This document shows positions 1 to 14,325 of a stretch of 64,000 nt of DNA, piece by piece. Every line of letters starts with the position of its first letter. The stretch's first letter is position 1. Below the pieces are notes generated by a model. It was given only the letters and a program-made list of their open reading frames with translations. It was not told the origin of the DNA and made no database searches. The stretch comes from Octopus sinensis (lineage: Eukaryota). The position numbers and the translations under genes are program-made. The stretch lies in the NCBI RefSeq assembly GCF_006345805.1, contig NC_043009.1:52266001-52330000 (forward strand). The letters run 5' to 3'.

Positions 1-35
1 ATATATATATATGTGTGTGTAAATATATATATATA

Positions 36-75
<40 letters not shown>

Positions 76-706
76 ATATATGTATATGTTTATATATAAA
101 TATTATATTTATATATGTATATACATCTATACATAGGCGTGCGCCTGTTGGTATGTGTGTCTGTGTGTGTATATAAACATATATTCGACAGTATAGCTTT
201 TTTGTGCGCGCATACATAAGTGGTGACTTGTCTGCGTAGCGTGCTCCAGCTTCACTTTCTTACAGTATATTTTTATTTCCGATTCATTATTTTCTAATAT
301 TTCGTTTCGGTGTTCATTGTTCTGTTATTATTATTACTCATTATAACTACTTTCGTTTCGTTTGTTTTTGTTTCATGTCATTGTGTTGTAAAAATATTAA
401 GCTTGCTCTTTTCTTTTCTTTGTTGTTCCTATTCTTTAATTTATAATTTGGTTTTAACATACCCCAGCCTCGTTTTATATACATCATATATGATATTTAA
501 TTGAATAAAATGATGATCTAGTGTTAGTTAGATAACAACTTATATTGTTGTTGATCTTTTGTTTTGAAGCACTAAATGTGTTATTGCTTATACACGCTTG
601 TCTATATATAGGTGTGTGTTTGTGTTCGTGTGTGCGGATTTGCACACACGTATCTGTATGTGCATGCATATTCAAATATGTTTGTATCAATGACTCCCAC
701 ACACTT

Positions 707-708
707 TC

Positions 709-771
<63 letters not shown>

Positions 772-989
772 CTATCTCTCTCTCTCCAGCTTTTCTCTCT
801 CCCTCTCTAGCTTTTCTCTTTCGCCCTCTCTCTAGCTTTTCTCTCTCTCTCTAGCTTTTCTCTCTCTCTCTAGCTTTCCTCTCTCTCTCTAGCTTTTCTC
901 TCCCTCTCTAGCTTTTCTCTTTCGCCCTCTCTCTAGCTTTTCTCTCTCTCTCTCTAGCTTTTCTCTCTCTTTCTTTCTTTCTCTCTCTT

Positions 990-1034
<45 letters not shown>

Positions 1035-1142
1035 TCTGTTTCTCTCTCTAGCTTTGTCCTCTCTCCAGCTTTTATCTATCTCTCTCTCTCTAGCTTTTCC
1101 CCCTCTCTCTCTCTAGCCTTTCTCTCTCTTTCTTTCTCTCTC
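707..1142. repeat. (TCTA)n microsatellite followed by a (CT)n-AGCTTT minisatellite
   Basis: (TCTA)n to ~770, then more than 10 reiterations of CTCTCTCTAGCTTT with variable CT length. Confidence 0.9.
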
Positions 1143-1904
1143 TATATATACAAATATGTATATACACACACACTTAACGCATACATATATATGAATATGC
1201 GTGCACTTGTGCGAGTATATACGTGTACGTATATGATTCCTCATGTGTGAGGGACGTGTGTATGTGTGTTTGTGCATATTTGTATGCGTGCGTTGGCATT
1301 TGCTTGTGTGCATAATTGTGCTTATACAAGTACATGTATCGTTTTACCCATGTGAGGATGCCTATAAAATTCTCTGTAAACGTAAACACAGCCGTACATA
1401 GATGCATACACGCAAACACATTGACACAAAGTCAGCCATGCATATGATTACAGGACTAGATATAAAAGCATACACACATACATTTATGTATACAACGCAT
1501 ACAACTTAGTATATCTACATGTAAATATTTGTAAACACACACACGCACACATGTATAAAAAATGGCAACCATTCATTTGTGTACATTCCTCTATGTAAAT
1601 CATACACGGAGATATGCATGTATAATTCATTCATATATGTGTATACATAAAATGTGTGCATATGCACATATGCACCCATGAAAACATACATAAATATTTG
1701 TTGTCTTCTGTCAACAATTACATATTATCATGGAGTGTGTTTGTTCATATATCTATATTTCCTCTCTGTTTTAATAAATCGAAATATTCAGTGGTCGAAA
1801 AAGCGAAGAACCCTTCAAAGTACAGTTTAATTATATTTTTATAATATGTAAGCCTGCACGCCTGCATCTGTATAAGTTCACATGTACGTAGCTAAGTGTC
1901 AACT

Positions 1905-2262
1905 GAGGTACGAGGGTTCCAGTTGATCCGATCAAAAGAACAACCTGCTCCTGAAATTGTCGCGCAAGTGGCTGAGCACTCCACTGACGTGTGTAACTTT
2001 GACATAGTTCTCGGGGAGATTCAGCGTCACACAGAGCGTGACAAGGGTGGCCCTTCGAAATACAGGTACGACAGATACTGGAAGAATGAGAGAAAGTTGT
2101 GGTGAAAGAGTACAGCAGGGTTCACCACCACCCTCTGCCGTAGTGTAATGAAACTTTAGGTTTTTTCCCTCAATAAACACTCCCAATATCCGGTCTCAGA
2201 ATCGAAACCGCTATCCCACAACCGACAGTCTGCCGCCCTAACCACTGAGCCATTGCACTTCC
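1905..2262 (-). mobile_element. tRNA-derived SINE, local family C, near full length
   Basis: The - strand begins GGAAGTGCAATGGCTCAGTGGTTAGGGCGGCAGAC...GGTTTCGATTC (A-box and B-box-like tRNA head). Its 3' tail (GAATCTCCCCGAGAAC...GATCAACTGGAACCC) is shared with the copy at 33803. Confidence 0.8.
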
Positions 2263-2295
2263 ACTATATATATATATATGTCTGTGTGTGTGTAT

Positions 2296-2380
2296 CGGCG
2301 CAAGTCGTGGCTGTGTCATAAGGAGGGTGTTTCGCAACCGCATGGTTGAAGGTTCAGTACCACTGCGTGGCACATTGCGC
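2296..2380 (+). mobile_element. SINE family B, head fragment
   Basis: GGCGCAAGTCGTGGCTGTG...GGTTCAGTACCACTGCGTGGCAC matches the head of the full copy at 39541. Confidence 0.65.
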
Positions 2381-2629
2381 CGACACACATGTATATATTT
2401 ATGTGTGTGTGTATGTGTGTGTGTGTGAGTGTGTGTGTGTGCTTCTGAATATATATAAACGTATCTACAAACATTTTGATATATTAGTAATAAACACGGG
2501 TTTAACTCTCCTTTGACTTAATTACAAAATATTTTTCAAGGAAATAGAGAAGTCTATTACTCATTTTTTAATTGATAATTTACACCTCTATAATTTTTAA
2601 TTGATATTTTACATTCTCATTACCTATTT

Positions 2630-3965
2630 AAGCAAGTAGGTTGCGGATTTTTATTGGGTTGGATATGATGTTGAAAAAGAGCAAGAACTCCTGAAATATA
2701 CATGTACAGCCATCATCTATTTCGCCACCTTTGATCGACTTTTTTTACATTAGACGTAGTCGGATACGAAACATCGGAACATATCAATGATAGCTACAAA
2801 TTGTATAGAAAAGCTGCATAGATAACCTTAAATGAATGTAATTTAATAATACTGCTATTAGGTAAAGTATTAACTTATAAATCCTTTAATATACTTAGTT
2901 GTATATCATGGTTGCATAACGAAATACGATATTGCTTACATGTAATTAACATCTACGTACAGCTGCCAGAAATGTATTCAATATACAAATTGGTCCATCC
3001 TCTAGTGTTACACTGTTAAATGTATTGGTTATTTAAGCAATGAATGCGTGAATGGTTAATGTGTTGGATGTAGTACTGAAGAAGGAGCAACAACTCCTGA
3101 AATAGGTATATACACACACACATTACCTATTTTTCTATCACTGATCTCATTGTTTACTTAGATGTATATGACGTCATAACAAATTAGTGCTGTAGAGATA
3201 GATAACTTTCAAAGTGAATTAATAACACTACTAACACAGGAGGTGCATAAGTATGACTTGTAAGCAGTTTATTATACTTGGTAGCATATCATGGTTGAAT
3301 AATAAGATACAGTGTCCCGAACAGCAATTTATATGTACATACCAGTTGCTAGGAATATGTTTATTATGTCGCACTGCTATATTTGGTAGCTACTTGAGTT
3401 ATGTGTTCATGGATGGTTAATGTGTTCGATGTAGTACTGAAGAAGGGCAATAACTCTTGAAATATGCGTATAGACCTATTACCCATTTTTCGATCATTGA
3501 TGCCACTGTTTAGATACATATGTATGAAATGTCGTAACAAATCAGTGCTGTAGAGATAACCTTAAAAGTGAATTAATAGCACTGCTACACGGGGGTGGAG
3601 GCACAGTTTTAAGTCTTTAATATATTTGATAGTATATTGTTGTTGGTTGAATGACGAAATACAGTGTCCCTAACAGCAATTAATATGTGCGTACCTGTTG
3701 ACAGGAATGTGTTTATTATGTCACACTGTTATATTTGGTAGATATTTGAGTTATGTATTCGTGAATAGTTAATGTTTTGATGTGGTGCTGAAGAGAGAGC
3801 AATAACTCCTGAAATATGCATGTACACACATTATCTATTTTCTCATCTTCGACTATAGTATTTACATTAGACTATTCGGATACGATATGATCGTAGCAAA
3901 TTGGAGCTGGCTATAATATCTGTATATAAAATATCTGTATATAAAATCTGTAGAGATAACTTTTC
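2630..3965. repeat. Degenerate tandem repeat, ~3.7 units of 350-410 bp
   Basis: Anchor AACTC(C/T)TGAAATA at 2686, 3092, 3452 and 3804 (spacings 406, 360, 352). Other blocks also recur, e.g. TGTAGAGATAAC and GATGTAGTACTGAAGAAG. Confidence 0.85.
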
Positions 3966-4240
3966 TTAAAATGTGGTATATACAGTGGCGGGTCTACAAC
4001 ATTGGGGCCCTGAAGCTTAAAAAGTTATGGGGAGGGCCCACTTTACAACCAGCAACAGTAAGGTAGCATCCAACAAGGGTTAAAGAATTTTCGTGCCTTT
4101 GCAAAGAACTCCAACCTTGAGGGTCTGATATCCCAAATAGTGGAGTGGTGACGTGCAGCCCTTATATTTTGTATCTTTTCATTTGTCTTGCTCGCTTACG
4201 TTCTGGCGTTTGCTAAATTTCCTTCTAGCATAATAGATAG

Positions 4241-4270
4241 ATTTATAGTTAGATAGATAGAGAGATAGAT

Positions 4271-4307
<37 letters not shown>

Positions 4308-4308
4308 T
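4241..4308. repeat. (GATA)/(GA)/(GACA) compound microsatellite
   Basis: Direct reading. Confidence 0.9.
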
Positions 4309-5694
4309 GTGAGTGTGTCCCCGTATCCGTATCTATCAGTGCATGCGAGTGTGTGGGTTCGTGTGGGTGTTTGTGCATGTATAAATCTCATGAAATATTT
4401 ATAAATTACTAAAACCAAATTTAGCTTCACGTATACGAAAAAAATACCTTAATGCATATATGATTGCTTCTATTTCTTTTAGAACCAGGTAAACCGGGTA
4501 ATCTACAACACTTTATATTTAAAGTTGTATGTTCGAAGATAGGCTGCAGTCAAATGCATCCTATAGAAATGAATCCGAAATATTCGCTTAATACAGTGCT
4601 AGTTTGACGTATACTGTTTCTTCTATTTTGTTACATCCATAATAGCTTCTACTACACATATGTCTTTATGACACTTCACGTATGGATTTGCTTTGTAGGA
4701 CGCTGACGCCGTTGGAAAGTTGAATATTTCATAATAATATTTGTTTGTTAATGAGTTTTGTTCTTTCATTTTGTTCAAATATAATTTGGTTTAAGTCTTT
4801 GATTAATTTTTATATCTTTTGTATGTTTTAGACATAACGGATCTGGGCCAGTTGCAACATTCTGTCTTGCTCTGCTTATTATTAAACGATGAAGTATACC
4901 ATGATTTATTTATATATCGGATAAAGTTAACCGAATAGAGAAACCAACATAAAGACAGAAATATCAAGTAGTATATGTAGTTATGATCATGCATGTGATT
5001 ATACGCACGGATATTTAATATAGGATATATGTGCGCTTACTATCTTAGTATGTGAGTTTGTATTTGTGTGTTTCTATGTGAAGAGAGAGCATATAGAGAT
5101 AAAGAAACCAGACAGCATGAAAGGAGAAAAGGTGGACAAAAACAATAAGACCGAAACATACAAACATTCATACACGCACACAATAACACAAAGCTACACA
5201 CACACATATATACAAAGATGCACTATGAGCCACATCGTTTCATACTCCAACAGGTATACGCACAAACAAACACACGCACGATACTGTGAGAATGAAAGCA
5301 CACTCAAATATTACATATGGTTTCGAGAAGCTATTTACATTATAAAGTCTTTATAATAAAACATGAAACGCTAGTTGAAATGAAAGATTTCTGTTATGAA
5401 TGTAACGGAAATGTTAAATCAGTTCTGTAGAAACCTACATAGAACAAGTCATTGGAATCTGTCACAAAACACTATGTAGAAAGCATTGCTTTACCAGTAA
5501 AGTAGCCGTGACACTGTAAATTGTTTTCCCCTGATATATGTAATTGCATAGAGTCTGCATGATAAATGGCTGGAATACGGTAAAAACAGCTGGAAGTTAA
5601 ACAAAAATACTAGACCTGGTCTAGAAAGCCTTCGATTTCATAAGGTCTCTTATAGATATATAGGTTTTTGTAAGCATATATAGATTTATAAGCA

Positions 5695-6860
<1,166 letters not shown>

Positions 6861-7316
6861 ACGCATGCGTATGTTTATATCATTATCTATTATAAAACGT
6901 CTCCACATCTTCCAATTCTTCAAATGTTATTTGTCGCTGTATCAATCAATTCGTTACGAACCTGAAAGTAAACTTTATTCGGAGTTTTTTGAGAATATAT
7001 CAAGAAAAAATATTTTGCTCCGTTATACTACATTTATAGATCTAATAATTGTTGCAGGAAATGTTAAAATGTAAAAATAATGTATGTGTATTAAATTTAA
7101 GATCTTCGTTCGAATTTTAACTGACGTAATTTTTTTTTCCTTATTGGGTTGATAAATTTAAATAATAGTCGATATTTCGAATTTCGAGCTTTGGTTTTTG
7201 TCGTTCGTTTTGCAAAGGAAATAGATACCATCCATCTATTGGTTTAAATTAATAGTCTACAGTTTCATCAGGTTCTGTTATCTATATGGAAAAAGATAAT
7301 GTTTATTGCGAGGAAA

Positions 7317-7729
7317 TACTCTCTTTTACTCTTTTACTTGTTTCAGTCATTTGACTGCGGCCATGCTGGAGCACCGCCTTTAGTCGAGCAAATCGACCCC
7401 GGGACTTATTCCTTGTAAGCCCAGTACTTATTCTATCTGTCTCTTTTGCCGAACCGCTAAGTGACTGGGACGTAAACACACCAGCATCGGTTGTCAAGCA
7501 ATGCTGGGGGGACAAACACAGACACACAAACATATAAACACACACTTATATATATATACATATTTAAGACAGGCTTCTTTCAGTTTCCGACTACCAAATC
7601 CACTCACAAGGCATTGGTCGGCCCGGGGCTATAGCAGAAGACACTTGCCCAAGATGCCACGCAGTGGGACTGAACCCGGAACCATGTGGTTAGTTAGCAA
7701 GCTACTTACCACACAGCCACTCCTGCACC
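7317..7729 (-). mobile_element. tRNA-derived SINE family B, full length
   Basis: Reverse complement of the 39541-39951 copy: head GGTGCAGGAGTGGCTGTGTGGTAAGTAGC, core CTTGGGCAAGTGTCTTC, tail GCCGCAGTCAAATGACTGAAACAAGTAAAAGAGTA. Confidence 0.9.
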
Positions 7730-8449
7730 TTGATGTTTGGACAATCTCTTTTGTAGTATTTACTTCGGTCTTCGCTGTGTCCTGTGTTATAAGACTCTTC
7801 GTGTATTTGATCAGTTTAATGCAACTTTAAAATAACTGTTATCCGAGCTATAATTATTTTCTCCTTAACGGAGCGGTACAACACCACCATTATAAATTAT
7901 TATCATTGAGTTTATGGATTAGTGGCCAGGTCTATAACATCCTTCGTTCAAATCTCACTGAACCAGGAAACCAAATACATATGATATACTCTAATCCTCT
8001 CTGTCTATAACAAACAAACATTTTGTGGTATTTGTACTTTGAGAAGAATTTTTGGTCACGAGGAGATTTGATTATGTGCTGGAACGTCATAAAAATTTGT
8101 AAAGCCTTTTTGCATAGATGGAGTTTATAGTTAGCATTTGAATATATATCCAGCCAATTTCGTTTGGTACTTGATGAACCAATGATGTTTTCTGTGCTAG
8201 ATTGTTTGATGTGCTCTGGTAGCAGTCAAATCTTACTAAACTAAAATCTCGCCGTAAATCCTTAAAATTAAAATCTATGTTACTGGTTACGAATTGAAAT
8301 AGCTCATTAGTATTCTCATCTTTTCCCTCATCTGTTCTTTTTTATAAAACCTCATAATTCGAAGGAGATTGACTCCTTTCATCTTTATCTCGAATATGTG
8401 GCACATTAATTAATTACATTATTCATCAATTGTGTAACGTTACTGGTGA

Positions 8450-9250
8450 ACAATAACTGGCTACAAGTGTCCAACAGGTTAATAACTATTTTGGTGCCTT
8501 TCAAACAGCAGCACTGAAGCAAAGAAATATATAAATCAAAAGTTAACAACAGATTTTGTTCACAGATATTTGTGCTTGCCGATTTTGGAAAGCTCATATA
8601 ATCGCAGAGGCATTTACACGCTCATACTTAGAAAAAATATTCGGTTTCTGCCATGACAAGATGGACTTCGTAGCATTAAAATTCAAAACAAAAGCTCTTA
8701 GTTCTACAATAATTTTTATTAAACTAATTAAAAGCTCAATATTGAATTTTGGAGTACTGGAGATGTTGAATTCTTCCAAGGCATTTTGATTTGCTGTTTG
8801 CATATAAATATCTATTCACATGTAGTTACAGATATTGTACAATCATGTAACTGTCCAAAATACCGTCGGCTGTTTGATAGAATCGCGTTATTTTCTCAGA
8901 TATTACAATGCGATCAGGAAATCTATCGTTTCCATTGTATAAAATAAGCGCTTTTGTTCAATTAGTCTCACTTATTTGTTGGTTTTTTTTTATTTCGAAA
9001 TGTGAAGCAAAAGTCAAGTAACTCTTGAATGGTCAATTTTATCTTTTATTTCTTTTTGCATTAGACCATTTCAATAATGGCGGTTAGTCGGTCGCTTTGA
9101 ATCGCAGATGACCCTAGATGTTCGTTTTATTCAGGGATAACGTCTCAACTAGCAGATGTTTGGAATAACCATCGAGCGGTATCTTGCGTAATCTTCTCTA
9201 GACTGATGCAACCAAATGTTTGATTTCGCCTGGAGTTCCTTAATGAACGT
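8450..9250 (-). pseudogene. Possible decayed Mutator/MULE transposase
   Basis: The - strand translates LILYNGNDRFPDRIVI...ADGI, resembling the MULE LLYDSG..DRILIF...ADGTF block. It continues SLIKII..LNFNATKSIL..ASAII*AFQ, resembling LNPKSILIDFE.AAINAF. Stops and frameshifts present. Confidence 0.4.
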
Positions 9251-10247
9251 GCTTCTTTACATTCTGTGTGAAACCCCGCGACTAGCATATATTTTATATA
9301 TATTTTGAGTGGTATATATAGCATATAATTTGAGTGGTACCTCCATTAATCGCCTTCTGATCTTATTAACCGTTTGTTTTGACTTGAAGAGTGCTAAAAA
9401 ATATGCTATTTTATATTAAATTTTGAACTCATAGAAAAAAATTGAACAGGTTTCGCTATTTGTCCATTTCAAATTTGACATTCAGACATAATCTAGAACA
9501 TTGAAAGCACAGCCATTTAAATAATCGATAAATCGAAGTCTATGCTTCAAAAAAAATGTATATTAGATGAAAAAAGTTTTTTAAAAAATTATCAAAACAA
9601 AATAACAAATAGATTTTCACAATATCAAAATCAGCAAATATCTTTTTCACCCTACCAGTGGGGGTGTGTATGCGTGCTCGCTACATGTGTTTGAGAATTA
9701 ATACGTGTGTGTCACCGTGTGCGTTCGTGTGCACGTGTGTGTATGTGTTTATTTAAAATTCATAATATATTGATAAGGTTGCTTTGACTGGGACATCCAG
9801 TTTTGTTGTTAATGTCTTATTCAGCCAGTCTGGTTGTATATGCCATCAAAGGCGAATTTTGAAGTACCATTCAATTCAACGTTATTAAAAAATTTGTCTC
9901 TATAATACTATATTGCGTCCACCCACCATCAGTAAATGTTGTTTCCTGCAAGTTGATTAACGATACCAAATAATTCATATCAACAGTAAACTTTTAACTT
10001 TTATTTTATTTTATTTCTTATTTGTGTGTTGAATTGCATTATGTTTCAAAATGAGGCAGCGTGTTAGCAGAACCGTTAGCACACTTCCGGTGTTTTTCAA
10101 GGTGTAGGTGAGTCATTTTTTACGGTATATTCATAGTGTAAACATCGTTTTGTTTTTGTATCAGTATTTTAATCACTTCATTATTTGTTTTTGTACTGCT
10201 TTGCAGCAATTGGTTTGTGCTTACCCTCCTCATAGAGGAGGGACGGC

Positions 10248-11530
10248 TTGGTGAAAAAGATGTCTGATGAAGACTTCAGCTTTTCAGATGTATCGTCTTC
10301 AGAGGAGGAATTTTTGAAAACGGTCAAGAAAATGGACGGAAAATTAAATGAAAAAGAGAGAAACTTTGCGGACGTAGCAAAGTGTGCCAGGAAAATGATA
10401 TTAATATTGGCGAATTTAAAAATTACAAAAATTTATTATTATTCGGGATGGATTTGACGTTAAATTGTATCTCCCGCAAGAGACGCTTAATAATATCAAA
10501 GAAAGAACAATTTTTTACAAAACATTCTCAATAATTGAAGGAAAAATGGAAGTCATGACAACAGGTCAAATAGAGAAAGCGTTAAGACCAATATGGCATG
10601 AAACTGTGTACCTTACGAGAGGGACTAAATTCGGAGTAGTAGAGGTGAGATTCAAGGATGCGGCAACAGCAAAAAAAGCACGCAGCGACAACTATTATGA
10701 ATGCGGAAGTGGTGCCTTTGCCCACTTACTCTGGACAACGTGCGACCAGAGTTAGGATGGAGGGAAATCCACGAGAGATAGATGTGGCCTAGATAGTAGC
10801 CGCTGTCTTTCTGGGAAATAAGGACAACATAGTTGTTGTCCAGGCCACAAAAACGCAAAGTGTTATACGGAAGAAATATATACCGGACATGATTATTCAA
10901 GGTTCAACCGAAAACCTAGAAAACATTACAGAAACAATAATTATGGATGACATGATCATGAGGGCCATGGTGGAGGGCAGAATCCCTCGATGCTTTAAAT
11001 GTGGCCTGAGGGCTTCATCAGAGCGGACTGGCCTTCACCAACCAAAATTACGGGGGAGATACAAGAGGAAGCGCCCCAGAAAGAGCAAGAAAATAAGGAG
11101 GAAGAAAAATATCACAGAAGTAGAGAAGAAAGAAACACTACGAATGGGAAACAATAGGCAAAAAGAACAAGAGTAATAGAAAAACATCAAGCCCCATAAC
11201 CACACCCTCTTCGACCCACTCTCTCCCTACAGACACCAAACCTGCCCATGCCTCTCTGACATAAAAATGTACAGACAAGAACTCCCAAATTCTCCCCACC
11301 CCCCTCACAAGACAAAAAATAAAAAGAAAAAATGCCACGCATTAATGTATGATACTCAAATGGAAAACTGAGTAAGAAAGTGTTATCTTGGGAAGACTTT
11401 AAAGCGGATGGAACAACGAGTTTTCACAACATAAAGGGATGGCACTGTAGCGTGTTGTGCTCGGATGTACTGAAAAAAAATGGATCTTTTCGCTTTGACC
11501 GGCAGATTTTTAAAATAATTTCTTTGTAAC
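10248..11530 (+). pseudogene. Decayed ORF1/gag-like gene of a Tx1/L1-type non-LTR retrotransposon
   Basis: Frameshifted pieces: RRM-like GVVEVRFKDAATAKK, RATRVRMEGNPREID, and a zinc-knuckle start VEGRIPRCFKCG whose H/C half is lost to a frameshift, then a K/E-rich tail. Confidence 0.65.
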
Positions 11531-11553
11531 TAAACACTGGTAATATTGAAAAC

Positions 11554-11745
11554 GGCGAGCTGGCGCATTCGTTAGTACGCCCGGTAAACTGCTAAGCGGC
11601 ATTTCGTCCGTCATAAGGATCGGAGTTCAAATTCCGCCAAGGTAAACTTTCTCTTTCATTATTTCGGGTTCGATAAAATAAGTAGCAGTTGAGCACTAGG
11701 TTCAATGTGCTAAAGTTTAAAGGTCTTGTGCTAAAGTTTGAAGCT
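11554..11745 (+). mobile_element. SINE family A (GGCGAGCTGGCAG head), degenerate
   Basis: GGCGAGCTGGCG..GTTAG..GAGTTCAAATTCCGCC..CGATAAAATAAGTAGCAGTTGAGCACT. Confidence 0.8.
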
Positions 11746-11767
11746 AATACCGACACCTCTGTAAGGT

Positions 11768-11975
11768 GGCGAGCTGGCAGAATCGGTAGTAGAGCAGGCA
11801 AAATGCTTGGCGGCATTTCGTCCGTCCTTACGATCTGTGTTCAAATTCTGCCAAGGCCGACATTATCTTTCATCCTTTCAAGGCCGATAACATAAGTAGC
11901 AGTTGGGCACTGAGGTCGATGTAATCAGCTTAGACCCTCCACCAAAATTGCTGGCCTTGTGCCAAAATTTGAAAC
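11768..11975 (+). mobile_element. SINE family A, second head-to-tail copy
   Basis: Same motifs; tail CCAAAATTGCTGGCCTTGTGCCAAAATTTGAA. Confidence 0.8.
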
Positions 11976-12373
11976 GAAACTGCTGGTAGCTGGTGATGTT
12001 GGTATTGACGTTGGTGGAGGCATTGGTTAGTGTCATGTATAGGAAGGTGATGTGCTAGCTTATTAATATAATGTATGGTTCGTGGTGATACGGGTCATAG
12101 TTCTTTCGGTTTTAGAGCCAGACGCGGTGTTGGACAGGTAGCGGGTGATGGTTGTAGCCATAGTGTGAATGGGTGTGGGATAGGAAACATATGACGCTTG
12201 GTTAGTTCGATCTGCCTACCTTGTAAATTATGACTCCTATGGTTTTCAATTAGACGGTAATTTCTGGTCTAACACCACCGCAGTCACACATAAACGCATA
12301 TGCACACGCACTCACTTCTACCAACCAGATGTATTCATGCATGCATTTGCATAAAGCTCCACACGCTCACACG

Positions 12374-12375
<2 letters not shown>

Positions 12376-12448
<73 letters not shown>

Positions 12449-12677
12449 CGTATATATGCATGTATGTATGTATGTATGCATGTATGTATATATATATATA
12501 TATATAATATATATATATATACATGTCTGTATGTATGCATGTATGTATGCATATATAGGTATATACATACACATATACACATATATAATATATATATATA
12601 TGTGCACATACATGTATATCAAATATCTGTGTGTATGTAGGTGTGTATGTATATATGAATGTATGTATGTATATATG

Positions 12678-12708
<31 letters not shown>

Positions 12709-12730
12709 CCATCTATGTATGTATGTATTA
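12376..12730. repeat. (TA)/(GT)/(TATG) compound microsatellite
   Basis: Direct reading. Confidence 0.9.
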
Positions 12731-12948
12731 GAAGTAATAATTGCTTTTGGCAGAGATTTTGACGTTCCAAGTTAAGGTTGAGGTTCCAAGAGGTTCGGTA
12801 TTAATTTTGTTATCGGTAAAGTGATACTGTGTAGAGAATGATAATGATGATGCTGGTCACGGTGATGATATGTTGCGGTTGAGGTGGGCGGGCTCTTATA
12901 CTGCCTATTCCTCAAACAGTGACGCTGAAGGTTCCGTCAATCGCAGTG

Positions 12949-13064
<116 letters not shown>

Positions 13065-13380
13065 TCACATGTCTTGCTGCTGATAGTAGTAGTGCGATTA
13101 AGGTGATTCGTTCTTCACGGACGTGCGAAGTTACTCGAACGGAAAATTAGTAGCACCGATTCATGTCTCCTTGGCTCTCTCTGTTATACAATACTTTTAT
13201 ACTGTTTGACATGTTCTGAGAATGTTGTATAAATCTTTGGCTGTTTAATGACAATTTTAGTGCCACATTATATATTCATCGTACTTAGTGAAAACCACAA
13301 CTGTGCTACTTCTCTCATGCACAGATATCGTCCCTTTACCTTTCAATATTGTATGGCTATGCATTTCAAAGTAAAATCCA

Positions 13381-13535
13381 ATTTCTTTACTACCCACAAG
13401 GGGCTAAACACAGAGAGGACAAAGAAGGACAGACAAACGGATTAAGTCGATCGTATCGACCCCAGTGCGTAACTGGTACTTATTTAATCGACCCCGAAAG
13501 GATGAAAGGCAAACTCGACCTCGGCGGAATTTTAC
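13381..13535 (-). mobile_element. 5'-truncated SINE family A (long tail) with an 11-bp target-site duplication
   Basis: AGTAAAATCCA at 13370-13380 and 13536-13546 flanks the SINE core and tail. Confidence 0.85.
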
Positions 13536-14325
13536 AGTAAAATCCACCATGTATTTAACATTTTCAGCCCGACATCGTACGATCTAATGAAAATGGAAAG
13601 AAAAATTCACAGTAGCCATTTACTAACATGGATGTATATTTTGGGTATCAACGTAGGTATGTGCGTGCGCATACATATACCTATCCACGTATGATGTTGT
13701 TTGGGGCTGGATCCCAAGTTCCAACATTCCACACGCAGCAATCATTACCCGCTCTTCTAACAGGCCGTCTATATCTCGGAGGTTTATATATGGTAACTGC
13801 ATGTTTGTGACTCATATTCGCTGTCTGTCTGACGAAAGGTTTGAATTTATTACGCATGGAGCAAGCATGAGACGCATCTGAAGATTGCATTTGTAGTATG
13901 ACATCATGTGTTATCGAATATTAAAACGTATGTAACAGATGAAAAAATGGGTATCAAGTTTAAGCACAGGTTGTTAACTTACATTATACATGCATATATA
14001 CATACACACACATGCTTATGAATATATATCATATTCACACTTACAAGTATATACATATATACTTGTGTGTATATATATGTATACTTGTGTATGTATGTTT
14101 ATATATATACGTGTATGTACGTATGTATATACATACATACATATACTCAGTGGTTAAAAAATAAACAACTGAACTGGACAAACAAGTTTATATCATGCCC
14201 ATATATTCACACAGTTGAACAAAAATAAATACATATTAAAATACCAGGGCGTTCGGTACACAAAACTCGAAGGTATAAGAAAATACATATATACACACAT
14301 AAAAAAAGTGTGAAAAAACTATAAA

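Noticed and set aside
1905-2262. tRNA genes at SINE heads (also 33803 and 39541)
   Set aside because: They lack complete cloverleaf acceptor stems and continue into SINE bodies
4473-4505. Possible collagen-like micro-exon (PGKPG)
   Set aside because: Too short to distinguish from chance, with no neighbouring Gly-X-Y exons
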